From NCBI RefSeq assembly GCF_016903815.1, contig NZ_CP069973.1: DNA of 64,000 nucleotides. One strand, given 5' to 3'. The number at the start of each line of letters is the position of its first letter. The first letter of the stretch is position 1. Shown here in pieces: positions 39,239 through 48,429 of this stretch. Under the pieces are notes generated by a model that had not been told where the DNA came from, searched no databases, and worked only from the letters and a program-made list of their open reading frames with translations. A program made the position numbers and the translations under genes. This DNA comes from Escherichia coli. Lineage in GTDB: Bacteria > Pseudomonadota > Gammaproteobacteria > Enterobacterales > Enterobacteriaceae.

Positions 39239-39447
39239 ATGAATTCAAGCAGAGTGTGAACTTACTGTTTCACACTCTGCTTTTTTGTTTCTTCTATCTG
39301 ACTTGCTTTATTCCAAATTTTATTCGTTTAAAAATAAAATGTGCAGCAGATTATAATTTTGCATTTCGCTATTTCCGCACTTCTTATTTGCCGCGCATAA
39401 TCCCTCGTTTTACAGATGCCCCTTTAATTTTGGCGAAGGATTTGTCT

Positions 39448-40878
39448 ATGGCTGGGAATGTTCAGGAAAAACAGCTGCGATGGTACAACATTGCGCTGAT
39501 GTCTTTTATCACTGTCTGGGGTTTTGGCAACGTTGTTAATAACTACGCCAACCAGGGGCTGGTGGTTGTTTTTTCATGGGTGTTTATCTTTGCGCTCTAT
39601 TTCACACCTTATGCGCTAATTGTTGGTCAGTTAGGCTCGACCTTCAAAGATGGGAAGGGCGGGGTCAGTACCTGGATTAAACACACGATGGGACCCGGAC
39701 TGGCTTACCTCGCCGCGTGGACCTACTGGGTAGTGCATATTCCCTATCTGGCACAAAAACCCCAGGCAATACTGATTGCGCTCGGTTGGGCGATGAAAGG
39801 CGACGGTTCGTTAATCAAAGAATATTCAGTCGTAGCGTTACAGGGGTTAACGCTGGTGCTGTTTATCTTCTTTATGTGGGTTGCTTCACGCGGTATGAAA
39901 TCGCTGAAAATCGTCGGTTCTGTGGCAGGGATTGCGATGTTTGTTATGTCGCTCCTGTATGTGGCGATGGCGGTAACCGCGCCTGCAATTACTGAAGTGC
40001 ATATTGCGACCACAAACATTACCTGGGAAACGTTCATTCCTCATATCGACTTTACCTACATTACCACTATTTCAATGCTGGTTTTCGCGGTTGGCGGAGC
40101 AGAGAAGATTTCTCCTTACGTTAATCAAACGCGCAACCCAGGAAAAGAATTTCCAAAAGGGATGTTATGCCTGGCGGTGATGGTTGCGGTTTGTGCCATT
40201 CTGGGCTCACTGGCGATGGGGATGATGTTTGACTCGCGTAATATCCCGGATGACTTAATGACTAACGGTCAGTATTACGCCTTTCAGAAGCTGGGCGAGT
40301 ATTACAACATGGGTAATACTTTAATGGTGATTTATGCCATTGCGAATACCCTGGGACAAGTAGCTGCGCTGGTATTCTCGATTGATGCGCCGCTTAAAGT
40401 GTTATTAGGCGATGCTGACAGCAAATATATTCCAGCCAGTTTATGTCGTACCAACGCTTCTGGTACGCCCGTTAATGGCTATTTTCTGACCCTGGTGCTG
40501 GTGGCGATTCTGATAATGCTACCGACTCTCGGCATTGGTGATATGAACAATCTCTATAAATGGCTGTTGAACCTTAATTCGGTAGTGATGCCGCTGCGTT
40601 ATTTATGGGTATTTGTTGCATTTATTGCAGTCGTTCGCCTGGCGCAGAAATATAAACCAGAATATGTCTTTATTCGTAATAAGCCGCTGGCAATGACCGT
40701 CGGAATTTGGTGTTTTGCCTTTACCGCTTTTGCCTGCCTGACTGGTATTTTCCCGAAAATGGAAGCCTTCACCGCAGAGTGGACATTCCAGTTGGCGCTG
40801 AATGTTGCAACGCCGTTTGTGCTGGTAGGATTAGGGCTGATATTCCCGCTGCTGGCGCGTAAAGCGAATGGTAAATAA
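39448..40878 (+). CDS. ycaM: APC-family amino acid transporter YcaM
   Basis: ~476 aa from MAGNVQEKQLRWYNIALMSF inside the longer six-frame ORF; polytopic. Confidence 0.85.
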   Translation: MAGNVQEKQLRWYNIALMSFITVWGFGNVVNNYANQGLVVVFSWVFIFALYFTPYALIVGQLGSTFKDGKGGVSTWIKHTMGPGLAYLAAWTYWVVHIPYLAQKPQAILIALGWAMKGDGSLIKEYSVVALQGLTLVLFIFFMWVASRGMKSLKIVGSVAGIAMFVMSLLYVAMAVTAPAITEVHIATTNITWETFIPHIDFTYITTISMLVFAVGGAEKISPYVNQTRNPGKEFPKGMLCLAVMVAVCAILGSLAMGMMFDSRNIPDDLMTNGQYYAFQKLGEYYNMGNTLMVIYAIANTLGQVAALVFSIDAPLKVLLGDADSKYIPASLCRTNASGTPVNGYFLTLVLVAILIMLPTLGIGDMNNLYKWLLNLNSVVMPLRYLWVFVAFIAVVRLAQKYKPEYVFIRNKPLAMTVGIWCFAFTAFACLTGIFPKMEAFTAEWTFQLALNVATPFVLVGLGLIFPLLARKANGK

Positions 40879-41044
40879 TTATTGTGGTCGGTGACGCTGA
40901 CTCTGGCAGATCTGACCCGTTTTTACATAATCGAGAAATGCGCGTAAGCCGCAGGACATATACTGGCGGTTTGGGTAATACATTTGGAAGCTGTGCTGTA
41001 AGGGCGTTAGAAATAGAGCTCTGAATTATTTATGCAGAGCGGAA

Positions 41045-41080
41045 TAAAAAAGCGGCAACTCAAAAAAGTTGCCGCTTTAC
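41045..41080. terminator. bidirectional terminator between ycaM and pflA
   Basis: aaaaaagcggcaactcaaaaaagttgccgcttta: hairpin with A/T runs on both sides. Confidence 0.6.
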
Positions 41081-41087
41081 GGGGAAA

Positions 41088-41885
41088 TTAGAACATTACC
41101 TTATGACCGTACTGCTCAAGAATGCCTTTCACGCGTTCCATGGTCTCTTTCTTCGGTGGTTTAACACCATCAAGTTTGTATTCTTCACCCATCGCCACCC
41201 ATTTGTGTTTGCCAAGTTCGTGGTAGGGGAGAAGCTCGATTTTCTCAACGTTGCCCATATCACGGGTAAATTCACCGAGGCGATGCGCTGAATCGTCATC
41301 GTCAGACCAGCCTGGGACAACAACGTAGCGGATCCACACCTTCACATTTTTGTTCGCCAGATATTTGGCGAACTCCAGCGTGCGGTGGTTTGAAACTCCA
41401 ACCAGATTTTGGTGGATCTCGTCGTTCATCTGTTTGAGATCGAGCATTACCAGGTCGGTTACTTCCAGCAGTTCATCAATCACCGGATCGTAACGACGAA
41501 CAAAACCGTTGGTGTCCAGACAGGTATGAATGCCTTCTTTTTTGCAGGCGCGGAACCAGTCACGAACAAACTCAGCTTGCAGGATTGCTTCACCGCCGGA
41601 TGCGGTAACGCCGCCGCCGGAAGCGTTCATAAAGTGGCGATAGGTCACCACCTCTTTCATTAAATCTTCAACGGTAACTTCTTTACCGCCATGCGTGTCC
41701 CAGGTGTCGCGGTTATGACAATACAGGCAGCGCATCAGGCAGCCCTGGAAAAAGGTGATAAAGCGAATACCCGGGCCGTCTACGGTTCCACAGGATTCAA
41801 AGGAGTGAATGCGACCAATAACTGACTTGGTAGCCCCCGCCGCAGCGGTATTTTCTGTTGTATTACAATTAGTTAAATTACTCAT
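41088..41885 (-). CDS. pflA: pyruvate formate-lyase activating enzyme (radical SAM); the 5' end is unusual, the canonical [10 protein letters not shown]-terminus is preceded by Lys (AAG) and the only in-frame ATG is 19 codons upstream at 41885
   Basis: Radical-SAM CxxxCxxC ([10 protein letters not shown]) and a PflA match from residue 20 of the ORF; conserved core 41088-41828. Confidence 0.9.
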   Translation of the reverse strand: MSNLTNCNTTENTAAAGATKSVIGRIHSFESCGTVDGPGIRFITFFQGCLMRCLYCHNRDTWDTHGGKEVTVEDLMKEVVTYRHFMNASGGGVTASGGEAILQAEFVRDWFRACKKEGIHTCLDTNGFVRRYDPVIDELLEVTDLVMLDLKQMNDEIHQNLVGVSNHRTLEFAKYLANKNVKVWIRYVVVPGWSDDDDSAHRLGEFTRDMGNVEKIELLPYHELGKHKWVAMGEEYKLDGVKPPKKETMERVKGILEQYGHKVMF

Positions 41886-41916
41886 ATCGCTTCAATTGGC
41901 TCTAGTTAACTCTGGT

Positions 41917-42912
41917 TTATGGACGCATTATGGACATTCCTGACACCGGGTTAAGAGTCACAGCATCTTGTAAGAAATCCGGTGCAAAGTGTGCGTAGGT
42001 CATAGTTTGCTGAATGTTAGAATGACCCAGGATGCGCTGCAATGTGATTATGTTACCTCCATTCATTATAAAATGTGTGGCAAATGTATGCCTCAAAACA
42101 TGCACTGCCTGTCCGTCAGGTAAATCGGGTTTTACTTCCCTGAGAGCGTTGCGCACTTTGTAGTAACTGGCATTAAAAAGCCTGCCTGAATTTTTGGTCT
42201 TGATCCGTTTAATCAGGTCCTGCGAAACGGGAATTGTCCTGCGCTTTCCGTTTTTAGTTTTCATAAACGTAACCATCTGGTTAATGATGTGTTCAGCTTT
42301 CAAATTAGACACTTCACTCCAGCGTCCACCAGTAGAAAGGCAGACCAGAGTTGCATTTAACTCATCACCATCAAGCATGGATAACAGCCGCGTAATCTCT
42401 TCACTGGACAAAAAAGCCATTTCCGTAACAGCTTCACGTAACCGCTTAACCTCACGGAACGGGTTGTGAGAGTGATATTCACCGGCGTCAATTAACTTGG
42501 TGAACATCCCGCTCATTATTGCCAGATGCCGATTTACGCTGGCTGGTTTTAGGCCATCGTTCATCATTACAACGCGATAATCAGTTATCGTTTTCTTTGT
42601 TAGCTGGTCCGCCCTGGACACTCCCATCTCGGCAAATTTGGCGATTATTGTCGTCAAACGCCCTCGTTCAATATCTCCACGCTCATGTGATTTTCCGTGA
42701 TATATCCACCATCTGCCTAACAACTCTGTAAGAGTTCGGCGGTCGGCCGGCTTCTCCAACCACTCTTTGTTGTGGTAGTTAACCAGGACATGACGTTCGA
42801 ATGCTTGAGCTTCACCTTTAGTTTTAAATTTCCGCCTGATACGTTTTCCATCTGCACCCTGCGGTCTGACGTCCACTTCATAACGACCATCATCGAGCTT
42901 TTTAATAGACAT
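41917..42912 (-). CDS. int: phage tyrosine integrase (P2-family)
   Basis: 331 aa MSIKKLDDGRYEVDVRPQGADGKRIRRKF; C-terminal catalytic region with HxxR (VLRHTFATH) and terminal Tyr (TMTYAHF). Confidence 0.92.
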   Translation of the reverse strand: MSIKKLDDGRYEVDVRPQGADGKRIRRKFKTKGEAQAFERHVLVNYHNKEWLEKPADRRTLTELLGRWWIYHGKSHERGDIERGRLTTIIAKFAEMGVSRADQLTKKTITDYRVVMMNDGLKPASVNRHLAIMSGMFTKLIDAGEYHSHNPFREVKRLREAVTEMAFLSSEEITRLLSMLDGDELNATLVCLSTGGRWSEVSNLKAEHIINQMVTFMKTKNGKRRTIPVSQDLIKRIKTKNSGRLFNASYYKVRNALREVKPDLPDGQAVHVLRHTFATHFIMNGGNIITLQRILGHSNIQQTMTYAHFAPDFLQDAVTLNPVSGMSIMRP

Positions 42913-43005
42913 AAAGCCCTCCGATGACGCTGTTTACTTCTACTACTTGAAAATTAATGCAATTTTCTTTCGTACATTTACTGCACACATATGCTGAATA
43001 AATCG

Positions 43006-43317
43006 TCAGCCAGTCTTTTGGTCTGAGTGGTGCAAGGTTGTTGAGTCTTGCCCAATGTGCGCGAGCGCCGGGGCTATTTGTCCGCCAGCGGGATCAGTTT
43101 CATCAAACATGAACCAGTCACGGTACTTGCGAAATCTTTCTGGCTTGAAAAATTTCATACCTGCGTCAAAAGACATCTTTACTTTTCCCTGCTCATATCC
43201 AGCATAGGTGTTGTAGTTAATTCCAGTTAATTCAGCAACTTGCTTCCTTGTCATTCTTTCTGATTCCCGAATAAGTGCGAGTTTCTCTGCTTGAGATGTG
43301 ATTTGTGTATTTGACAT
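43006..43317 (-). CDS. C: P2 C-type immunity repressor
   Basis: 103 aa from MSNTQITSQAEKLALIRESERMTRKQVAELTGINYNTYAGYEQGK; C-terminal ...GQIAPALAHIGQD...SDQKTG resembles P2 C; divergent from cox. Confidence 0.85.
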   Translation of the reverse strand: MSNTQITSQAEKLALIRESERMTRKQVAELTGINYNTYAGYEQGKVKMSFDAGMKFFKPERFRKYRDWFMFDETDPAGGQIAPALAHIGQDSTTLHHSDQKTG

Positions 43318-43421
43318 GAATTGTCGTATCTCGTAATTTATGTTGTATGCGACACGCCAGAACAACGCAGAGCGGCTTCAAATAGCTCTGATTGAATGGC
43401 ACCAAAGTTGAGGATATCAAA
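43318..43421. promoter_or_regulatory. C/cox divergent immunity-switch region (expected Pc/Pe promoters and operators)
   Basis: Intergenic region between divergently oriented repressor and cox-like genes, as in the P2 lysis-lysogeny switch. Confidence 0.45.
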
Positions 43422-43778
43422 ATGAGTATTGGATCAGAAATGAATAACGATGTTGGAGAAAAAGTATCTGATCTCACAAAAAGTAAAAAATGTGACATCA
43501 AACTTGCAGCCGCACCGTCGGATTTGCTCTCGAAAGAGGGTTTTGCTCTTTACATCGGTAAGACGCCTCGTGCTGTTGCTGAAATGGCGAAAGCAGGCAA
43601 GTTACCAGCCTTTTATATGACGGACCCATTAAAGCCGGGCGGTCATGCTGAGTTATGGATTAATCGTCGTGAGTGGGACAAGTACGCAGCCCAGCTAGTT
43701 GATGAAGCTCCGACAGAATGGCATGACTGGAAAAATCGCATTAGTTACAGCAAATCAAGACATGGCCGTGCGGCTTAA
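43422..43778 (+). CDS. cox: Cox/Apl-like excisionase and early-operon regulator
   Basis: ORF starting MSIGSEMNNDV with a GAGGA RBS; HTH-like region FALYIGKTPRAVAEMAKAGKLPAFY; first gene of the early operon. Confidence 0.7.
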   Translation: MSIGSEMNNDVGEKVSDLTKSKKCDIKLAAAPSDLLSKEGFALYIGKTPRAVAEMAKAGKLPAFYMTDPLKPGGHAELWINRREWDKYAAQLVDEAPTEWHDWKNRISYSKSRHGRAA

Positions 43779-43788
43779 GGTGGAAAGG

Positions 43789-43959
43789 ATGAACGAGCCT
43801 CGTTGTATTGCTCAGTTATTGCGTAACGAAAGCCCCAGGGCGATTGACTTCACCATCACGCACGGGAAGGGGCGCAAGGGAATCATTATCCGTACCAAAA
43901 AACAGAGTCCGTTAAAAAAGGCTCTGACCTTTCTGAAAAGCCGGAGGGTCTGGAAATGA
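43789..43959 (+). CDS. small early protein (P2 orf78 position)
   Basis: 56-codon ORF MNEPRCIAQLLRNESPRAIDFTITHGKGRKG between cox and B; start uncertain. Confidence 0.45.
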   Translation: MNEPRCIAQLLRNESPRAIDFTITHGKGRKGIIIRTKKQSPLKKALTFLKSRRVWK

Positions 43960-44456
43960 CAGTGATGACGCTTAATCTCGTCGAAAAACAGCCAGCAGCT
44001 ATGCGCCGGATAATTGGTAAGCATCTTGCCGTCCCTCGCTGGCAGGAGACATGCGATTATTATAATCAGATGATGGAACGCGAACGGCTAACGGTTTGCT
44101 TCCATGCGCAGTTAAAACAGCGTCACGCAACGATGCGTTTTGAAGAAATGAATGATGTCGAACGTGAACGACTGGTATGTGCAATTGATGAATTGCGTGG
44201 GGCATTCTCAAAACGCCGTCAGGTTGGCGCAAGTGAGTATGCATATATTAGTTTTTTAACAGTCAGTCAGCGTCGTACTTTATTTATGCATGCCGGATTG
44301 ACTGAAAAAGAATTCAACCAGCCATACTGGCGAATTAATGAAGAATCATGTTACTGGCGTGATGCTTTATTCCGTGCATTACGTGAATTATTCAGCCTGT
44401 TTGAGTATGCACCGACAATTCTGACGTCGGTAAAACCAGAGCAATATCTGCATTAA
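43956..44456 (+). CDS. B: P2 replication protein B (DnaB helicase loader-like)
   Basis: 166 aa MTVMTLNLVEKQPAAMRRIIGKHLAVPRWQETCDYYNQMMERERLTVCF, matching P2 gpB. Confidence 0.9.
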   Translation: MTVMTLNLVEKQPAAMRRIIGKHLAVPRWQETCDYYNQMMERERLTVCFHAQLKQRHATMRFEEMNDVERERLVCAIDELRGAFSKRRQVGASEYAYISFLTVSQRRTLFMHAGLTEKEFNQPYWRINEESCYWRDALFRALRELFSLFEYAPTILTSVKPEQYLH

Positions 44457-44520
44457 GTAATTAACCAGAGTTTTTAACGCACTTAATTGTGCGGGGGCTT
44501 CTTTTTGCCTGGAGAAAGTC

Positions 44521-44745
44521 ATGCATACAGTTTCTGAAAATCAGTGCGGTAAATACGCATTACTGCTGCAACAGGCCAGAACCGAAGCACAGGCCGACGC
44601 AGCGACGCGCTTTTCTTCTCATCTTGACGCCATGATTCGCCACATCACAAAGGCGGAGTTATCCCGCGTGGAGATAGTCGAGCTGCTCAGTCAGGAGTCG
44701 GAAAAATTTCACAATATCGGATTGTCTCGCGGGGAGGTGCTTTGA
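44521..44745 (+). CDS. P2 orf80-like hypothetical protein
   Basis: 74-aa ORF at the P2 orf80 position. Confidence 0.7.
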   Translation: MHTVSENQCGKYALLLQQARTEAQADAATRFSSHLDAMIRHITKAELSRVEIVELLSQESEKFHNIGLSRGEVL

Positions 44746-45047
44746 TGTCCTGTTCTCGTTCAGTTGTATTACTGAATAACGCCTTAAAAATCGCCGTTAT
44801 GAAAAATGGCGATTTATCTCTTATTCAACTTGGTCTTGATAAAGAAAAACGCGAAATAACTGAGTCTGTTATCGCGATTTATCAGAACGAATTAAATCTC
44901 CTGTCTGATGTGGTCAATTTACTTGTTAAACGCGCTGTATTTCACAAGCAAATCTCCTCCGTGGATGAACTGACGAAATTAACGACAGAAATTGCCAGCT
45001 ATTGCGCTGATGAATTTAAAAAACTTAACGACAAAAGGAGCTGGTAA
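44742..45047 (+). CDS. P2 orf81-like hypothetical protein
   Basis: 101-aa ORF, 4-bp overlap with the preceding gene. Confidence 0.7.
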   Translation: MMSCSRSVVLLNNALKIAVMKNGDLSLIQLGLDKEKREITESVIAIYQNELNLLSDVVNLLVKRAVFHKQISSVDELTKLTTEIASYCADEFKKLNDKRSW

Positions 45048-45271
45048 TGCCGGACAACGTAGATTTTATTCAGAAACAACAGGCTGAATTACTGGAGCGC
45101 CAGATTAACGCGGCAAGGGTAAAGCATTGCGGTGTTTCTGCGCTGGTTTGCGAAGAGTGTGACGCGCCAATACCTGCTGCCCGTCGTGCGGCTTATCCGT
45201 CAGCCACGCGTTGTGTTTCCTGCCAGTCAGTCTTTGAAGCAAAAAACAAACATTACCGGAGAACGTCATGA
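45047..45271 (+). CDS. P2 orf82-like zinc-finger protein (TraR/DksA-type C4)
   Basis: 74 aa with CEECDAPIP...CVSCQ Cys4 motif. Confidence 0.75.
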   Translation: MPDNVDFIQKQQAELLERQINAARVKHCGVSALVCEECDAPIPAARRAAYPSATRCVSCQSVFEAKNKHYRRTS

Positions 45272-45543
45272 GTATTCGTATTGAAATTGGCGAACGTTAT
45301 GTCGTTACCAGTGACAGCTTTCAGTTTATTCTCCACGAGAAAAAGAGAGCTGAAAGCGGTAAAAACGCCGGTCAGGAATGGCTGGCGGTGGTTGGTTATT
45401 ACCCGAAATTAAGCCAGCTTGTTTCCGGCCTGATGCATCACGATATTCTGACCGGAAGCGCAAAGTCTTTTGCTGATTTAAACGCGCAGGTTGAGCAACT
45501 CAGCAAGCGTTGTTCAGAGGCTTTTGGCTCATATGGCCGTTAA
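45268..45543 (+). CDS. P2 orf83-like hypothetical protein
   Basis: 91-aa ORF preceding A. Confidence 0.7.
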   Translation: MSIRIEIGERYVVTSDSFQFILHEKKRAESGKNAGQEWLAVVGYYPKLSQLVSGLMHHDILTGSAKSFADLNAQVEQLSKRCSEAFGSYGR

Positions 45544-47821
45544 AGCCTCCGGGCGTTTTGTCCCTCCGTCAGCATTTGCCGCAGGCACCGGTGAGACGTT
45601 TACCGGTGCTTATGCATGGAACGCGCCACGCGAGGCCGTCGGGCGCGAAAGACCCCTTACACGTGACGAGATGCGTCAGGTGCAAGGTGTTTTATCCACG
45701 ATTAATCGCCTGCCTTACTTTTTGCGCTCGCTGTTTACTTCACGCTATGACTACATCCGGCGCAATAAAAGCCCGGTGCACGGGTTTTATTTCCTCACAT
45801 CCACTTTTCAGCGCCGTTTATGGCCGCGTATTGAGCGCGTGAATCAGCGCCATGAAATGAACACCGACGCGTCGTTGCTGTTTCTGGCAGAGCGTGACCA
45901 TTATGCGCGTCTGCCGGGGATGAATGACAAGGAGCTGAAAAAGTTTGCTGCCCGTATCTCATCGCAGCTTTTCATGATGTATGAGGAACTCAGCGATGCC
46001 TGGGTGGATGCGCATGGCGAAAAAGAATCGCTGTTTACGGATGAGGCGCAGGCTCACCTCTATGGTCATGTTGCTGGCGCTGCACGTGCTTTCAATATTT
46101 CCCCGCTCTACTGGAAAAAATACCGTAAAGGACAGATGACCACGAGGCAGGCATTTTCTGCTATTGCCCGCCTGTTTAACGATGAGTGGTGGATTAGCCA
46201 GCTTAAAGGCCAGCGTATGCGCTGGCATGAGGCGTTACTGATTGCTGTCGGGGAGGTCAATAAAGACCGTTCTCCTTATGCCAGTAAACATGCCATTCGT
46301 GATGTGCGTGCGCGCCGCCAGGCAAATCTGGAATTTCTTAAATCGTGTGACCTTGAAAACAGGGAAACCGGCGAGCGCATCGACCTTATCAGTAAGGTGA
46401 TGGGCAGTATTTCTAATCCTGAAATTCGCCGGATGGAGCTGATGAACACCATTGCCGGTATTGAGCGTTACGCCGCCGCAGAGGGTGATGTGGGGATGTT
46501 TATCACGCTGACCGCGCCGTCAAAGTATCACCCGACTCGTCAGGTCAGAAAAGGCGAAAGTAAAACCGTTCAGCTTAATCACGGCTGGAACGATGAGGCA
46601 TTTAATCCAAAGGATGCGCAGCGTTATCTCTGCCGCATCTGGAGCCTGATGCGCACGGCATTCAAGGATAATGATTTACAGGTCTACGGTTTGCGTGTCG
46701 TCGAGCCACACCACGACGGAACGCCGCACTGGCATATGATGCTTTTTTGTAATCCACGCCAGCGTAACCAGATTATCGAAATCATGCGTCGCTATGCGCT
46801 CAAAGAGGATGGTGACGAAAGAGGAGCCGCGCGAAACCGTTTTCAGGCAAAGCACCTTAACCGGGGCGGTGCTGCGGGATATATCGCGAAATACATTTCA
46901 AAAAATATCGACGGCTATGCACTGGATGGTCAGCTCGATAACGATACCGGTAAGCCGCTTAAAGATACTGCCGCGGCTGTTACCGCATGGGCGTCAACGT
47001 GGCGCATCCCGCAATTTAAAACGGTTGGACTGCCGACAATGGGGGCTTACCGTGAACTACGCAAATTGCCTCGCGGCGTCAGTATTGCTGATGAGTTTGA
47101 CGAACGCGTCGAGGCTGCTCGCGCTGCCGCAGACAGTGGTGATTTTGCGTTGTATATCAGCGCGCAGGGTGGGGCAAATGTCCCGCGCGATTGTCAGACT
47201 GTCAGGGTTGCCCGTAGCCCGTCGGATGACGTTAACGAGTACGAGGAAGAAGTCGAGAGAGTGGTCGGCATTTACGCGCCGCATCTCGGCGCGCGTCATA
47301 TTCATATCACCAGAACGACGGACTGGCGCATTGTGCCGAAAGTTCCGGTCGTTGAGCCTTTGACTTTAAAAAGCGGCATCGCCGCGCCTCGGAGTCCTGT
47401 CAATAACTGTGGAAAACTCACCGATGGTGATACTTCGTTACCGGCTCCCACACCTTCTGAGCACGCCGCAGCAGTGCTTAATCTGGTTGATGACGGTGTT
47501 ATCGAATGGAGTGACCCGGAGGTCGTGAGGGCGCTCAGAGGTGCATTAAAACACGGTCGGAGAACGCCAAATCGTCAGCAAAGAAACGGAAGCCCGTTAA
47601 AACCACATGAAATTGCACCATCGGCCAGACTGGCCCGGTCGGAAAGAATGCAAATTACCCGTATCCGCGTTGACCTTGCTCAGAACGGTATCAAGCCGCA
47701 GCGATGGGAGCTTGAGGCGCTGGCGCGTGGCGCGACCGTAAATTATGACGGGAAAAAATTCACGTATCCGGTCGCTGATGAGTGGTTCGGATTTCAAGAT
47801 GAAGTGTCATTTTTTATATAA
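45533..47821 (+). CDS. A: P2 replication initiation protein A (rolling-circle nickase)
   Basis: ~762 aa from MAVKASGRFVPPSAFAAG; HUH-type region (EPHHDGTPHWHMMLF) and catalytic tyrosine region (AGYIAKYISKN). Confidence 0.92.
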   Translation: MAVKASGRFVPPSAFAAGTGETFTGAYAWNAPREAVGRERPLTRDEMRQVQGVLSTINRLPYFLRSLFTSRYDYIRRNKSPVHGFYFLTSTFQRRLWPRIERVNQRHEMNTDASLLFLAERDHYARLPGMNDKELKKFAARISSQLFMMYEELSDAWVDAHGEKESLFTDEAQAHLYGHVAGAARAFNISPLYWKKYRKGQMTTRQAFSAIARLFNDEWWISQLKGQRMRWHEALLIAVGEVNKDRSPYASKHAIRDVRARRQANLEFLKSCDLENRETGERIDLISKVMGSISNPEIRRMELMNTIAGIERYAAAEGDVGMFITLTAPSKYHPTRQVRKGESKTVQLNHGWNDEAFNPKDAQRYLCRIWSLMRTAFKDNDLQVYGLRVVEPHHDGTPHWHMMLFCNPRQRNQIIEIMRRYALKEDGDERGAARNRFQAKHLNRGGAAGYIAKYISKNIDGYALDGQLDNDTGKPLKDTAAAVTAWASTWRIPQFKTVGLPTMGAYRELRKLPRGVSIADEFDERVEAARAAADSGDFALYISAQGGANVPRDCQTVRVARSPSDDVNEYEEEVERVVGIYAPHLGARHIHITRTTDWRIVPKVPVVEPLTLKSGIAAPRSPVNNCGKLTDGDTSLPAPTPSEHAAAVLNLVDDGVIEWSDPEVVRALRGALKHGRRTPNRQQRNGSPLKPHEIAPSARLARSERMQITRIRVDLAQNGIKPQRWELEALARGATVNYDGKKFTYPVADEWFGFQDEVSFFI

Positions 47822-48039
47822 AAAACGTTAAAATTCAATGCAATGAAGGCATGGAGGAGGTCGCTTTAATATGTTTTATGTTTAATATTTATTAATTGTT
47901 TATTTAATATAAAAAAATATTATATATAGGGAGATCAAATACAACGGTTTACTTGTTATGATGCAAACATTGGTTAGTTAGTGAGATACATCGCCATCAA
48001 TTGGGTAACTTTACCCGTGGAAAGTTAACGCTTTCTAAC

Positions 48040-48225
48040 ATTTACCCCGCGCAACGCCCCTGCCAGCGACAAGAGTCACAGGATCAGGCGGTATGGCGTA
48101 TGGGTATTCGAACCCTTTGGGCGACCAAGGGTTCGTGGAGCAGGGGGCTAGTGCTGTTCAATCTCATCCTTATGAGGGCGAACCATAGTGTTGGAGCAGG
48201 CATATCGTTTGCACACTATGGGCAT
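48040..48225 (+). ncRNA. candidate structured ncRNA (possible retron msr/msd or other regulatory RNA)
   Basis: GC-rich island in AT-rich cargo with several stems: cgcccctgc/gcagggg (48054-48147), cgaaccctt/aagggttcg (48107-48134), ccatagtg/cactatgg (48183-48221); immediately upstream of the HTH-RT genes. Confidence 0.3.
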
Positions 48226-48237
48226 AAGGAGCAAATC

Positions 48238-48393
48238 ATGAAGAATGATAAATTAACCAACGAACAGCAGGCGCAGAACAAGTCAAACCTGAAAAAGTGG
48301 GCTGGTTATGTTTGGAAATTAATCAAATGGGGTATTAGACTGTTTGATTTAGCCACTCGAGCACTGGACTACTTTGAAGGGGGTGATGAGTAA
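48238..48393 (+). CDS. small 51-aa protein, amphipathic (hypothetical)
   Basis: ATG with AAGGAG RBS 6-7 nt upstream; MKNDKLTNEQQAQNKSNLKKWAGYVWKLIKWGIRLFDLATRALDYFEGGDE; may instead be untranslated RNA. Confidence 0.35.
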   Translation: MKNDKLTNEQQAQNKSNLKKWAGYVWKLIKWGIRLFDLATRALDYFEGGDE

Positions 48394-48429
48394 TGCGTCC
48401 TCCCTAGTTTCAATAGCATGGAGTTGCCT

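Noticed and set aside
41886-41930. Canonical P2 attachment core sequence at the int-proximal prophage end
   Set aside because: I looked for the P2 att core as I recall it and did not find it. Together with a divergent int and cox this points to a P2 relative with a different integration specificity, so the exact att boundary stays undefined
48001-48393. 130-aa six-frame ORF spanning the GC-rich structured region
   Set aside because: Only the last 51 codons have an RBS-preceded ATG; the upstream part coincides with stacked hairpins and is more plausibly RNA structure than protein
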